A DNA stretch of 64,000 nucleotides from a virus (IMGVR_UViG_3300010882_000009), one strand, 5' to 3'; counted from the stretch's first letter, positions 29,909 to 40,992 are shown. Numbers and translations are program-made. Notes: generated by a model from the letters alone, not told the origin.

Positions 29909-31090
29909 ATGAGGAAAACAGATGAGCAGCTTAAAGAACTAAAAAAGAAACATTCTATAAAAATTTTATGGTCTTGGTCAAAAATATCTACATTTATAAC
30001 ATCTACATATGAGTATTTTCTACACTATATATTACACAAAGCACCAGACAGAGAAGAGTCTGTATATTCAACTGCTGGATCATGCTGTCACAATATACTT
30101 GAAAGATTCTATGGTGGATTAATCAAGTATGAAAAAATGATAGAAGAATTTGAGTATGAATGGGCTAAATGTGATGTATTCGACTTAAAATTTGACAGAA
30201 GTAATCCAGAAAAAAATGCGTCGATTAAAAAGAAATATGTATATAATTTAGAGCATTTTTTCAAAACTCATAAAGTTATACCATACAAAACATATTTAGA
30301 AAAATTTATATTAATTAAGCTAAGTGCAAAAGTAATACTAATCGGATATATGGACTGTGTATTTAAGTGTGATGAAGGATATGCACATATAATCGACTTC
30401 AAAACATCTACGATATACTCAGGTGCTAAAATCAAAGAAAATTCACAGCAATTAATATTATATGCACTTGGCATGTCGCAAGCTGGGATTCCATTGCAAA
30501 AAATAAAGATAGCTTGGAACTTCCTAAAATATCAAGCTGTAACAATAAAACAGAAAAACGGAGAAAAGAAAATTCGCAATATAGAAAGAATAAAACTGGG
30601 AGAAAGCATTAAAACTAACGCTACTATGTGGCTAAAACATCTTGGATATTCTACTGACGAAATTGATGGATATATTGAATTGCTTATTCAAACAAACAAC
30701 ATTAAAGTGTTGCCAGAAGATATACAAAAATTATATGAATTTGATGACTGTTATGTTTATATAGACTTAAACGAAGAAATTATTGAAGACCTAAAAGCTA
30801 ACTTACTTGGTGTAGTAGATGATATAGAGAATCGTACAGAGCAATACCGCAAAACTAATATTGATAAAATGTTTTGGGATAGCGAAGAAAGCTTAAAGAA
30901 AGAGAGCTATTACTTAGCCAACCTTATGCCTTATAGTGCAAAGATTCATAAACCTTACGGGCAGCACCTAGATAAATATAACGCAGAAAAGAATTTTGGA
31001 TTCACAGTTAGTGGAGTAATTAATGCCAATAATCAAACAAAACAAGAAGAATGTAATAATAATCTAGACTGGTTAGATGACTTAATCTAG
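29909..31090 (+). CDS. PD-(D/E)XK nuclease (RecB/AddB-like)
   Basis: WSWSKI, GYMDCV, IIDFKTS, QLILYA. Confidence 0.85.
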   Translation: MRKTDEQLKELKKKHSIKILWSWSKISTFITSTYEYFLHYILHKAPDREESVYSTAGSCCHNILERFYGGLIKYEKMIEEFEYEWAKCDVFDLKFDRSNPEKNASIKKKYVYNLEHFFKTHKVIPYKTYLEKFILIKLSAKVILIGYMDCVFKCDEGYAHIIDFKTSTIYSGAKIKENSQQLILYALGMSQAGIPLQKIKIAWNFLKYQAVTIKQKNGEKKIRNIERIKLGESIKTNATMWLKHLGYSTDEIDGYIELLIQTNNIKVLPEDIQKLYEFDDCYVYIDLNEEIIEDLKANLLGVVDDIENRTEQYRKTNIDKMFWDSEESLKKESYYLANLMPYSAKIHKPYGQHLDKYNAEKNFGFTVSGVINANNQTKQEECNNNLDWLDDLI

Positions 31091-31102
31091 AATGCAAAGG
31101 AT

Positions 31103-34100
31103 GTGACTAATATTAAAAACTATGTGAAATATCATGTACATACAGATTATAGTAATTGCAACGGATTCTCTGATTCATGTACGTCTTATAAAGAGTATAT
31201 ATCATTAGCAAATAAACACGGAATGAAAGCTATTGCATTTAGTGAACATGGCAATGTTTATGACTGGGTTCTTAAAAAGCAGCTATGCGATAAAACAGGG
31301 ATTAAATACATACATGGAATAGAAACGTATGTTTGTCGTTCATTAACTGATGATACCAGGGGTGGACATATTGGATTATATGCTAGAAATCTTGATGGCG
31401 TAAAGGAGCTTAACCTTATATCGTCTATTGCAACATCAAAGGGGAAAGCAGATGATAAGTCTGATAGGCATATGTATTATAATCCTCGTATATCTTTAGA
31501 TGAACTTATGAACACCAGTGATAATATTATAGTCACATCTGCTTGTCTTGCTTCTCCTATATGGAAATGGAACAATGAAGAAATGTCTGCGGCACGAACA
31601 AAGCTTGTTAAGTGGATGGCTAAAAATAAGCACAGGTGTTTTTTAGAAATACAATATCATGAGCATATAGATCAGATAGAATATAATAAACTATTATATA
31701 AAATATCACAAAAAACTGGAATCCCGCTTATTGCTGGGACTGATACACATTCATCGAGCAAATACAAAGCTGAATGCAGATTGGTTTTGCAACGATCTAA
31801 AAATATTAAATATGCTAAAGAAGATGCTGAAGATGCATTTGACCTAACTTTTAAAACATATGATGAACTTGTTGAAATGTTTAGAAAGCAAAATTCACTA
31901 CCAGAAGAAGTATTTATGAAAGCAATAGAGAATACTAACGTATTTGCAGATATGGTTGAAGACTTTACTCTAGATAGAACTTATAAATACCCTGATACAT
32001 ATGGTGATAATGCAGAATTATTATTTAGAGATACAATTAAAAGAAAATATAATAAAAAGGTTAAAGAAGGCATAATTGATGGCAATAACCCAAAGTATAA
32101 AATAAATATAAAAGAAGAATTTAATGCATTTAAAGCACAGGGAATGGAAAGCTTTATGTTGTTTATGTCTGAGCTTTGTGACTATTGTAATGAAAATGAT
32201 ATTCCTTATGGGCATTGTAGAGGTAGCGTAGGCGGAAGCACAATAGCATATATACTAGATATAATAGACTTAGACCCTGTAATATGGAATACAGTATTCT
32301 CTAGATTCTGCAACGCCGATAGAATTAGTTTAGCTGATATTGACATAGACTATGCACCTAAAGATAGACCAAAAGTATACGCATGGATTCAGAATAAACT
32401 CAGAACACAATGTACTTCATATATAGCACAATTTGGAACTCTTCAAGACCGTGGGACAATTGATGTATTGGGGAATGGGCTTGGATATAAAGATCTTGAT
32501 TTAGTAGCTGAAATAAAAAACAAACATGAATTATTATCTAAAGAATATACTAAAATAATTCAATCAGAAATTAACATGGAAGACCCTGATTGTGATTTGC
32601 CAAAAATAGACTTTGATAATCATGATGCATTTATGAATGTTATTCCAGCAGATTCAGAATCTGCAAAAAAACTAAACAACTTAAAATCCGAGTTTGAATT
32701 ATTAAAAGAAGAAAACAAAGATCTATTCTATTATTTTGATGGTATAAAAGGAACGATAATCTCAAAGGGGCATCACCCGGCGGGGATGATAGGTAGCCCG
32801 ATAACATTATATGATAATATTGGTGTGTTCTTTAGTGATGGGAATGAAGACTTCCCAGTAGCTTCATGCGCAATGAAAGCTGTAGATTCTTTGAACTATG
32901 TTAAATTTGATATTCTAGGATTAAAGACAATTGGAATATTAAAAGATTCTTATAAATATATTGGAACTCACTATAAAAAATCTCATGAAATCAACTGGGA
33001 AGATCAAAAAGTATGGGAAGATATGATTACGTCTCGTATTGGAATATTTCAATTTCAGAAAGAGCATGCACATGACCAATTAAAACAGTTTAAGCCAACT
33101 AAGATAAATGATATGTCAATGGTAAATTCAGCTATTAGACCGTCAGGTAAAAGTTTTAGAGATAAACTTCTTGCAAGAGAATTTAATAAAAATCCTTCAA
33201 AAGAGATCGATGAGCTACTAAAAGATAATTACGGTTGGCTATTATACCAAGAGGATTCAATAAAATTCCTCACAGACATATGTGGATTCACTGGCTCAGA
33301 GGCTGACAACACACGCCGTGGAATTGGTAAAAAATGCAAGGAGACAGTAAAGAATCAGCTGCCTAAGATACTAGATGGATATTGTAAAACTTCTATCCAA
33401 CCACGTGAAATAGCAGAAGTAGAAGCAAAAGCATTCTTAAAAATAATTGATGATAGCGCACGGTATCAATTTGGTTATAATCACAGTACCGGATATTCCA
33501 TGAATGGCTACCATTGTGCTTATCAAAGAACATATCATCCATTAGAATTTATAACAGCTTACCTTAATAACGCTGATAATATGGAAGATATTAAACTAGG
33601 TACACAATTAGCTATTGAACGCGGAATCCAAGTTAAACATATAGAGTTTGGGAAGTCCGGCAGTGAATATACACTTAATAGAACAGATAATACAATATAC
33701 AAAGGTATTGAATCAATAAAATGGTGTAATAGCAAAATAGCAGATGAATTGCTAGAATTATCAAAAAACGAATATACATCATTTATAGACTTGGTTATAG
33801 ATATAAAAAGAAAAACATCTGTTGATGCAAGGCAGCTTAATATATTAACAGGATTAAACTTTTTTAAACAATTCGGAGAGAATCAATATTTGCTTGATAT
33901 GCTTGAATTATATTATTTGTTTTATAGCAACCCAAACGAAACAATAAAGCAAATCAAGTTCTGTCAGATGGAAAACTTCGGTGTGTCAGAATACCATATG
34001 GAAAAATATGCAGGAAAGAAATGTAATACTCTATATAAAGAAATTGATGTACCTGGGCTTATGATGGAATTAAGTAAAACCAAAGTAAACAAACCAATGA

Positions 34101-34522
34101 AGGCTATAGAATATGTTAAATTTGAAATAGAATATCTTGAATATACTACATACATAAATAAAAAAGCACCACTTAATGCATATATTATTGTTGATTATTG
34201 GGAATGGAAAAATGCTTCTACTACACCAAATTTCATAGCGCGTAATTTAAGAACTGGTAATGAAGTTAAAGCCCGTATTAAACAAAGCAGGAAATATAAG
34301 GAAGATCCATTCGGCAGGTATAGTATATTAAATATACCAAAATTTAGTGAGCAAAATAAGAAAAAGAAAATTGGGAAAGAGACTATAATAGCATCTGATG
34401 GGACGGAAAAGGCAATAGATAAATGGGCTGAAACAGACGAAACAGAATTTGTATTAGAAGAATGGGAAGTTCTTATTGAGTATTATGATGAGGATAATAA
34501 ATCCAAGAAAAAGAAAAAATAG
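31103..34522 (+). CDS. dnaE: DNA polymerase III alpha subunit
   Basis: PHP HVHTDYS/SEHG, RGSVGGS, ADIDID, HPAG, KFDILGL, FGYNHS. Confidence 0.95.
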   Translation: MTNIKNYVKYHVHTDYSNCNGFSDSCTSYKEYISLANKHGMKAIAFSEHGNVYDWVLKKQLCDKTGIKYIHGIETYVCRSLTDDTRGGHIGLYARNLDGVKELNLISSIATSKGKADDKSDRHMYYNPRISLDELMNTSDNIIVTSACLASPIWKWNNEEMSAARTKLVKWMAKNKHRCFLEIQYHEHIDQIEYNKLLYKISQKTGIPLIAGTDTHSSSKYKAECRLVLQRSKNIKYAKEDAEDAFDLTFKTYDELVEMFRKQNSLPEEVFMKAIENTNVFADMVEDFTLDRTYKYPDTYGDNAELLFRDTIKRKYNKKVKEGIIDGNNPKYKINIKEEFNAFKAQGMESFMLFMSELCDYCNENDIPYGHCRGSVGGSTIAYILDIIDLDPVIWNTVFSRFCNADRISLADIDIDYAPKDRPKVYAWIQNKLRTQCTSYIAQFGTLQDRGTIDVLGNGLGYKDLDLVAEIKNKHELLSKEYTKIIQSEINMEDPDCDLPKIDFDNHDAFMNVIPADSESAKKLNNLKSEFELLKEENKDLFYYFDGIKGTIISKGHHPAGMIGSPITLYDNIGVFFSDGNEDFPVASCAMKAVDSLNYVKFDILGLKTIGILKDSYKYIGTHYKKSHEINWEDQKVWEDMITSRIGIFQFQKEHAHDQLKQFKPTKINDMSMVNSAIRPSGKSFRDKLLAREFNKNPSKEIDELLKDNYGWLLYQEDSIKFLTDICGFTGSEADNTRRGIGKKCKETVKNQLPKILDGYCKTSIQPREIAEVEAKAFLKIIDDSARYQFGYNHSTGYSMNGYHCAYQRTYHPLEFITAYLNNADNMEDIKLGTQLAIERGIQVKHIEFGKSGSEYTLNRTDNTIYKGIESIKWCNSKIADELLELSKNEYTSFIDLVIDIKRKTSVDARQLNILTGLNFFKQFGENQYLLDMLELYYLFYSNPNETIKQIKFCQMENFGVSEYHMEKYAGKKCNTLYKEIDVPGLMMELSKTKVNKPMKAIEYVKFEIEYLEYTTYINKKAPLNAYIIVDYWEWKNASTTPNFIARNLRTGNEVKARIKQSRKYKEDPFGRYSILNIPKFSEQNKKKKIGKETIIASDGTEKAIDKWAETDETEFVLEEWEVLIEYYDEDNKSKKKKK

Positions 34523-34530
34523 AAAGGGCG

Positions 34531-36927
34531 ATGGTAGCTATCGAAGTCAAATTTAAATGTACTGCTATAAGATGCATATATAGCAGCGATAATTTTAAGA
34601 TTTATTCTGTCGATGTTAATAGACAAGAATATCCTCAAATTAAGTTTACTAAGTATGGTAACGCCACTATCAAAGGGGATATACACGAATTAACAACAGG
34701 AATGACTTATGATGTAGTAGCTGAAGAAGAATACTCTGATCAAAGAGGGTTTGGGTATAATGTAAAAACGATAAAAAATGATAAGCCAATAGCTGAATTA
34801 GATATGGATATATTCTTATCTGAGGTAGCTACCCCTAGACAAGCAACAATTTTACTTACAGTATTCCCGGACATTGTTGATAGAGTTATGAATAATAACT
34901 TAGAAGATGTTTATGATTCAATAGATAGAAAGTATCTAAAAGGTGTAGGTAAAAAGACATTTGAAAAAATAAAAAGCAAAATTATTATGAATTATTGTTT
35001 AATAGAGATGCTTAATGAATTTGGTGGAATATTAAGTTTTACAATGGTTAAGAAATTATATGCAGAATATACGTCAGTACAATCTATTCGTGAAAAAATG
35101 AAAAAAGACCCATACCAATGCCTGACTAAAGTATCAGGTATTGGGTTTAAAACTGCCGACCAATTACTTTTAGATATGGAAGAAGAATCAAGGAATAGAG
35201 TTAATAAAGGTGAAAATGCTATTGTTGAATTTGAAGAAGATTTGCGCTCAAGCGCACAACGATGTTTGGCTTGTATTACATATCTTTTAAAAGAAAATGA
35301 AGCAAATGGGCATACAAAAATGAGCATCGCTACATTAAAAGAGCAATGTGACAAACTAGTTCCGGCATGTTGCCATCATTTTGTATTGGCTATAAAAGAC
35401 AATCCGACATTCTTTTTAGATAAAGAACTAAGAGAAATAGCACGAAAAAAAACACGCGATACAGAAGTTTATATTGCAAATCGCTTATTTGATGGTCTTA
35501 AAGAAGGTAAAGATAATATATGGGAAATAGATATAGAAAAATATCGCCAATGCAAAAATGGAATTATGCTTTCTGATGAACAAGTTAGCTCTATCGTAGA
35601 AATGTGTTGTAATAGTATTATTATATTAAAAGGCAACGCCGGAACCGGGAAATCTCAAACCATAGAAGCTATAATATCATATTTAGACGATAATAATAAA
35701 ACATATAATATATTCGCTCCAACAGGACGAGCAAGTAAAGTTGCCGCTAAATATACTGGAAGAGATGCTAAAACTATTCATCGCGGACTAGGGTTTAGAC
35801 CTCCTAATGAATGGATGTTTAGGTTAGACAACAAACTTATTATAGATGTTTTAATAATTGATGAAAGTTCTATGGCTGATATATTCTTATTTAAAAAAAC
35901 ACTTGATGCAATAGATTTTAAACTTACAAAACTTGTTGTCGTCGGAGACAATGCACAGTTGCCATCTGTTTCTTGTGGGAATTTGCTTCATGATTTAATA
36001 GAAAGTAATGTTATTCCAACAATCACATTAACAAAAGTATTCCGTTATAGTGAAGGAGGATTGATGAAGGTTGCAACAGATATACGTGAATCTAGAAGAT
36101 ATTTACCAGCTCATGTAGATGGTCGTAAAGTGTTCGGAGCAAACAACGATTATATATTTATTCAGTCAGATACACAAAATATATCTAATAAGGTTATAGA
36201 AGTATATAAACAACTACTAAAAAAGGGATATACAGTAGATGATATTATGGTTCTATCAGCACAGAATAAAGGCGAGCAGGGTACGGTTACTTTAAATAAC
36301 AATTTACAAAAGATTGCTAATGTTAATTCACTAATTCCACAACCATATGAATTCAAAATTGGTGATACGCAATTTTTCGAAGGCGATCTTGTAATACAAA
36401 CCAAAAATAACTATAGAGCTAAAAAATATAGTAAGAATAAAATGCTTTTCGATAAATCTTATGACTATGACGATGTATACGAAGAAGATGAAGATGACAA
36501 TGGGGATCATATATTTAGCATTAAAGAAAAAAAACAGCAAGAGTCTGTCGAAGCATTTATAGCCAACGGAGAGATCGGAAAGATAATATCTATTGGGTCA
36601 AATAATGTAGTTATAGATTTCTCTGGAGAAAAAGTTGTATATACACGCATAGAGATGCAGAATGTCCTCTTGGGGTATTCTTTGTCTGTCCATAAGGCAC
36701 AAGGAGGGTCTGCCAGAATAGTAATATATATATCTCCTATATCACATTCATTTTTTATGACATCGAATTTATTGTATGTAGCACTTACAAGAACAGAAGA
36801 AAGATGTATTCATATAGGGGATGCTCCTACTATTAATAATGCTATTAAAAAGAAAGATAATCTAGTAAGAGAAACGTTCTTACGAAGATTATTAGTTGGA
36901 TTAAAGCATAACATTAAAATAGGCTAA
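34531..36927 (+). CDS. recD2: RecD2-like SF1 helicase
   Basis: GIGFKTAD, GNAGTGKS, APTGRA, IIDESSM, VGDNAQLPSV, SVHKAQG, YVALTR. Confidence 0.92.
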   Translation: MVAIEVKFKCTAIRCIYSSDNFKIYSVDVNRQEYPQIKFTKYGNATIKGDIHELTTGMTYDVVAEEEYSDQRGFGYNVKTIKNDKPIAELDMDIFLSEVATPRQATILLTVFPDIVDRVMNNNLEDVYDSIDRKYLKGVGKKTFEKIKSKIIMNYCLIEMLNEFGGILSFTMVKKLYAEYTSVQSIREKMKKDPYQCLTKVSGIGFKTADQLLLDMEEESRNRVNKGENAIVEFEEDLRSSAQRCLACITYLLKENEANGHTKMSIATLKEQCDKLVPACCHHFVLAIKDNPTFFLDKELREIARKKTRDTEVYIANRLFDGLKEGKDNIWEIDIEKYRQCKNGIMLSDEQVSSIVEMCCNSIIILKGNAGTGKSQTIEAIISYLDDNNKTYNIFAPTGRASKVAAKYTGRDAKTIHRGLGFRPPNEWMFRLDNKLIIDVLIIDESSMADIFLFKKTLDAIDFKLTKLVVVGDNAQLPSVSCGNLLHDLIESNVIPTITLTKVFRYSEGGLMKVATDIRESRRYLPAHVDGRKVFGANNDYIFIQSDTQNISNKVIEVYKQLLKKGYTVDDIMVLSAQNKGEQGTVTLNNNLQKIANVNSLIPQPYEFKIGDTQFFEGDLVIQTKNNYRAKKYSKNKMLFDKSYDYDDVYEEDEDDNGDHIFSIKEKKQQESVEAFIANGEIGKIISIGSNNVVIDFSGEKVVYTRIEMQNVLLGYSLSVHKAQGGSARIVIYISPISHSFFMTSNLLYVALTRTEERCIHIGDAPTINNAIKKKDNLVRETFLRRLLVGLKHNIKIG

Positions 36928-36957
36928 CAATAGGATATAGATTAGATTAGACTATAC

Positions 36958-36986
36958 TTGACAATATACAATAGTTATAGTATAAT
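36958..36986 (+). promoter_or_regulatory. consensus sigmaA promoter for ligA
   Basis: TTGACA-atatacaatagttatag(17)-TATAAT. Confidence 0.85.
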
Positions 36987-37011
36987 ATATTAATATTAAA
37001 TATATAAAGGG

Positions 37012-37876
37012 ATGGTTCAATTGCCAAGTGCATTAGATGTTAAAAACTTAGTTGGTAAATTAAATATTTATAGAGATACATATTATAACGATAATGTTTC
37101 TTTAGTATCAGACGCAGAATATGATAAACTTTATGATAAGTTGTTAGAATTGGAAAAAGAAACAGGAATAATAATATCTAATTCGCCTACACAATCTGTT
37201 GGATATATAGTAAAATCAGAATTAGGAAAAGTAATACATGATATTCCTATGCTTAGTCTTGACAAGACTAAAGATATAAATAAAATTTTAAGTTTTATGC
37301 AAGATAAAGATTTAATTGCAAGTCTAAAGTTAGATGGACTTGCAATTAAATTAAAGTATGACAAAGGAAGGCTTATACAAGGCTCTACACGTGGAAATGG
37401 CGAGGAAGGGGAAGATATTACTCATAATGTACATACATTTGTAGGTGTTCCATTAACAATACCATATAATGATTATATAGAAATAACAGGCGAATGCATT
37501 ATCCATTATGATTCTTTCAACAAAATAAATGAAAGTATTATTAATAGTGATGACAAATATAAAACTCCAAGGAATTTAGTTTCCGGTTCAGTTAGACAGC
37601 TTAATAGCGAAATATGTAAGAGTAGGAATGTTTATTTTTATGCATATAATATATCTAAAGATGATGGAGATATAATATATAATAAAACAGAAGAGTTAAA
37701 TAAACTTATTACACTTGGATTTAATTATGTTATGTCTATACCACCATGCAACAGTAATTATATTGAAATTGAATCAATAATTAATGATCTTAAACAATCT
37801 GCTAAAGAGACATCAACTCCTATTGACGGAGTTGTATTTACATATAATGATAAAGCTTATGGAGAGTCACTTGGAG
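37012..37876 (+). CDS. ligA: NAD-dependent DNA ligase, exon 1
   Basis: SDAEYD, PMLSL, KLDG, TRGNGEEGEDIT, IDGVVF; ends ...ESLG at the insertion. Confidence 0.92.
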
Positions 37877-38021
37877 TAACTAACAATTATTAAATATGTA
37901 GTCATATGTGTATAACTATAGTCATACATATACATATATTTTTAATAATTATATCGCTCCGCATGTAGAGTAATCTGCATGTAGTGGTAGATAGTGAAAA
38001 ATATCTGCCCAGCAAAGCAAC

Positions 38022-38297
38022 AATTGCTGGTAAACCCCTAAGGCCAACTAAGCTACAGCATAAGGATGAAATATGCCTAAGTGCGATATGCAGCGAAAGC
38101 AGAAAAAATTAGTTGGATGGCATATGGTTAAATCCTAAGTGCTAGTAAAAAGGGGCGTTCAGCAGCATATACCTGAATAGGGTACTGTTCAACGACTATC
38201 CCTCGCGAGGGGAGTAGGGTGAAGTCACCCGAAACGAGCTTACCTTCTATTAATAGAAGGGTTGATGATATAGTCTGTGCTTATGTGAAAGCATAAG
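38022..38297 (+). ncRNA. group I intron catalytic core
   Basis: P AATTGCTGGTAAA (38022), Q GTTCAGCAGC (38157), R TTCAACGACTA (38188), S ATGATATAGTC (38265); P7 GACTA/TAGTC; P9 CTTATG-TGAAAG-CATAAG. Confidence 0.88.
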
Positions 38298-38317
38298 GAG
38301 TTCATTACTCTTTTCTA

Positions 38318-38346
38318 TTGACATTATTAAAATTATATGTTATTAT
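38318..38346 (+). promoter_or_regulatory. internal promoter for tnpB
   Basis: TTGACA-17-TATTAT inside the intron, about 150 bp upstream of tnpB. Confidence 0.6.
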
Positions 38347-38499
38347 AATAATGTTAGTTGTAATAGAGAGTTTGAGAACCGTATGAGATTAACGACCTCA
38401 TATGAACACGCTAAAAATGTAACGCAATTGTGTATGTTTTTATTTGTTTAAAATCAAACACTCCTTTATAAAATAATTATAAAAGGAGGTGAATACACC

Positions 38500-39726
38500 A
38501 TGATTAAAGGATATAGAATAAGATTATTCCCAACGCAAGACCAAGAAGAGAAACTATGGCAACATGTAAATGCTGCTAGAGCAGTATGGAATTGGGGACT
38601 TAGTTATGAGATGGATTTGTTTAAGAATAACGAAAAGCATTTAAGTGCTTATGCATTAAGAAAAATTCTTACGCAAATTAAGAAAACTGATGAGTATAAT
38701 TGGCTTAATCAAGTTTCATTTCATACATTGTCAAACGTGTTAATTGATTTAGGTGATGCATATAACAGATTCTTTAATATTAAACCAGCTAAGTATTCTA
38801 AAAATAAAATGGTTAAAGCTAAAAGAATTGGGAAAAAGCTAACACCATATGATTTAGAAGGGCATCCTAAATTTAAATCACGTAAAGATAATATAAATAA
38901 GTTTCCAATTAGAGTTGATAGTACATATTTTATTAACTCATATGTTAATATAGAAAAAATAGGTAAGATTAAATACCAAACAAATTATAATCTGCCACAA
39001 GGCAGAGACAGTAAGATAAGCAATCCACGAATAAAACATGAAAATAATAAGTGGATATTATCATTTGGTATTGAGTGTGAGAACCAAACACTAAATCTTA
39101 CAGATAAATCTCTTGGGATTGATTTGGGAATAACATATTTAGCAGTATGCTCTTTCGGAGGAGAAAAAATAGTTTTTCATAATATTAATAAGTCTAAGCG
39201 TATGAGAAATTTAGAAAATAAAAAGAAATATTTGCAGCGCAAAATTTCTCGTAAGTATAGAACTAATGGCAATTATAATAAGACTAATAATATTATCAAA
39301 ACAGAAAAAATCCTTAAAAGAGTACAGTCAAAGTTAACTAATAAACGCAAAGATTACATACATCAAACTACACATAAACCAGTTTCATTATTACCTAAAA
39401 GAGTAGTAATGGAAGACTTAAATGTGAGTGGGATGATGAAGAATAAACACCTATCAAAAGCTATTCAAGAACAATGCTGGTCTGAATTTATGAGACAGAT
39501 TGGATATAAATGTGAGTTTATAGGAAGCGAATATATTCAAGCCAATAGATATTATCCGAGTAGTAAGAAGTGTTCTATTTGTGGCAATATCAAGAAGGAT
39601 TTGAAGCTAAAAGATAGAGTGTATATATGTGAAGTATGCGGATTAGAAATTGATAGAGACTATAATGCTGCTATAAATCTGGAAAGATATGAGTATGATA
39701 GCTATAGCAATAGAAAGTACAAATAG
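38500..39726 (+). CDS. tnpB: RNA-guided endonuclease TnpB
   Basis: YRIRLFPT..Q, RuvC-I GIDLG, RuvC-II MEDL, Zn finger CSIC/CEVC, RuvC-III DRDYNAA; AAGGAGGTG RBS. Confidence 0.95.
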   Translation: MIKGYRIRLFPTQDQEEKLWQHVNAARAVWNWGLSYEMDLFKNNEKHLSAYALRKILTQIKKTDEYNWLNQVSFHTLSNVLIDLGDAYNRFFNIKPAKYSKNKMVKAKRIGKKLTPYDLEGHPKFKSRKDNINKFPIRVDSTYFINSYVNIEKIGKIKYQTNYNLPQGRDSKISNPRIKHENNKWILSFGIECENQTLNLTDKSLGIDLGITYLAVCSFGGEKIVFHNINKSKRMRNLENKKKYLQRKISRKYRTNGNYNKTNNIIKTEKILKRVQSKLTNKRKDYIHQTTHKPVSLLPKRVVMEDLNVSGMMKNKHLSKAIQEQCWSEFMRQIGYKCEFIGSEYIQANRYYPSSKKCSICGNIKKDLKLKDRVYICEVCGLEIDRDYNAAINLERYEYDSYSNRKYK

Positions 39727-39868
39727 AAAGCTATCAGCTTAAGGAACATGGTGTATCCTTGAATACTGTGGAGTGTTAAACAAACTGTAGTAGGGAATTC
39801 CGAGGCAGGACACAGCGAAACAGCGAACAAATAAAAATGTATACATATGTCTACATTTTTAGCACCAG
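39727..39868 (+). ncRNA. putative omegaRNA scaffold / element right end
   Basis: Structured non-coding segment between tnpB stop and the right junction, ending in palindrome AAAAATGTATACATATGTCTACATTTTT then AGCACCAG; 5' boundary uncertain. Confidence 0.6.
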
Positions 39869-40992
39869 TAACATCACATCATCCATTACATTCTATTGCA
39901 TTTAAGTTTGAAGACGAATCTGTTGAAACAATTTTACGAGATATAGAATGGTCAATGGGAAGAACATGTATTACACCAGTTGCAATATTTAATACAGTAG
40001 AAATTGATGGGACTGATATATCACGAGCAAGTTTACATAATGTTAGCATATTCCAAGAATTTGAACTAGGAATTGGAGATACTATTAGCATCTTTAAGGC
40101 TAATCAAATTATTCCTCAAGTGCTAGAAAATAAGACTAAAAGCAATACAGCGACTATCCCAAATATTTGTCCAGTATGTGGTTCAAATACAGCAATACGA
40201 ACATCTAAGCTAACAAAAATATTAGTATGTACATCTAACAAATGCAAAGGAACATTGTTAAGCAGAATTGTTCACTTTGCAAGTAAAAAGGCAATGAATA
40301 TAGATGGATTATCATCTGAGACTATTGAGAAATTTATTGACAATAATATAATTGAATCATTTGCTGACATATATAGAATTGAAGAATATAAAGATAAAAT
40401 AATATGTATAGAAGGTTTTGGTAAGCGTTCATATGAAAAATTAATAAAATCAATTGAAAAAAGCAAAAAAGTAAAATTGCATAAATTTATTATATCTCTT
40501 GGGATACCTAATATTGGCACAAAAGCATCTAAGACTATTAGCAAATACTTTAATGGAGAATGGTTATTATTCGAGCAAGCTATAATAGATGGATTTAATT
40601 TTAGGTGTCTTGATGATTTTGGAGATATTATGCATAAGAATATTTATAAATATTTTCAAAATAAAGATAATATTAAATTATATTCTGAATTACTTGAATT
40701 CATTGAATTTGAAACAAATGATTTAGAACAATCAAATATAATAATCAAAGATAATCCATTTATAGGAAAGAAAGTATTGGCAACAGGAACACTTGAACGT
40801 TATTCAAGAGATGGTATTAAAGCAAGGCTAGAGTCAATAGGGGCTATACCTATTAGTGGTGTATCAAAGAAAACAGATTATGTCATCGCTGGGAGTGCTG
40901 CAGGGCAATTAAAAATCGATAAAGCTAATGAACTGAATATCCCTATATTAACTGAAATGGAATTTCTTAAAATGATTGGTGATATTATATGA
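39869..40992 (+). CDS. ligA: NAD-dependent DNA ligase, exon 2
   Basis: SHHPLHSIAFKF, TPVAIF, RASLHN, CPVC, HhH GFGKRS, BRCT SGVSKKTDY; spliced product about 662 aa. Confidence 0.92.

Larger units (their letters stand above)
37877..39868 (+). mobile_element. IStron: group I intron fused to IS607-like TnpB element, no TnpA
   Basis: Removing 1992 bp restores CTT GGA GTA ACA TCA CAT CAT CCA (LGVTSHHP) in frame; AG at both junctions; last base G. Confidence 0.88.

Noticed and set aside
31103..36927. Inteins in DnaE or RecD2
   Set aside because: Lengths are typical and no intein splice-junction or LAGLIDADG motifs were noticed.
39847..39868. Independent start (MSTFLAP) for a separate ligase C-terminal gene
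   Set aside because: These codons lie in the element's right end and have no RBS; excision gives one normal-length LigA.
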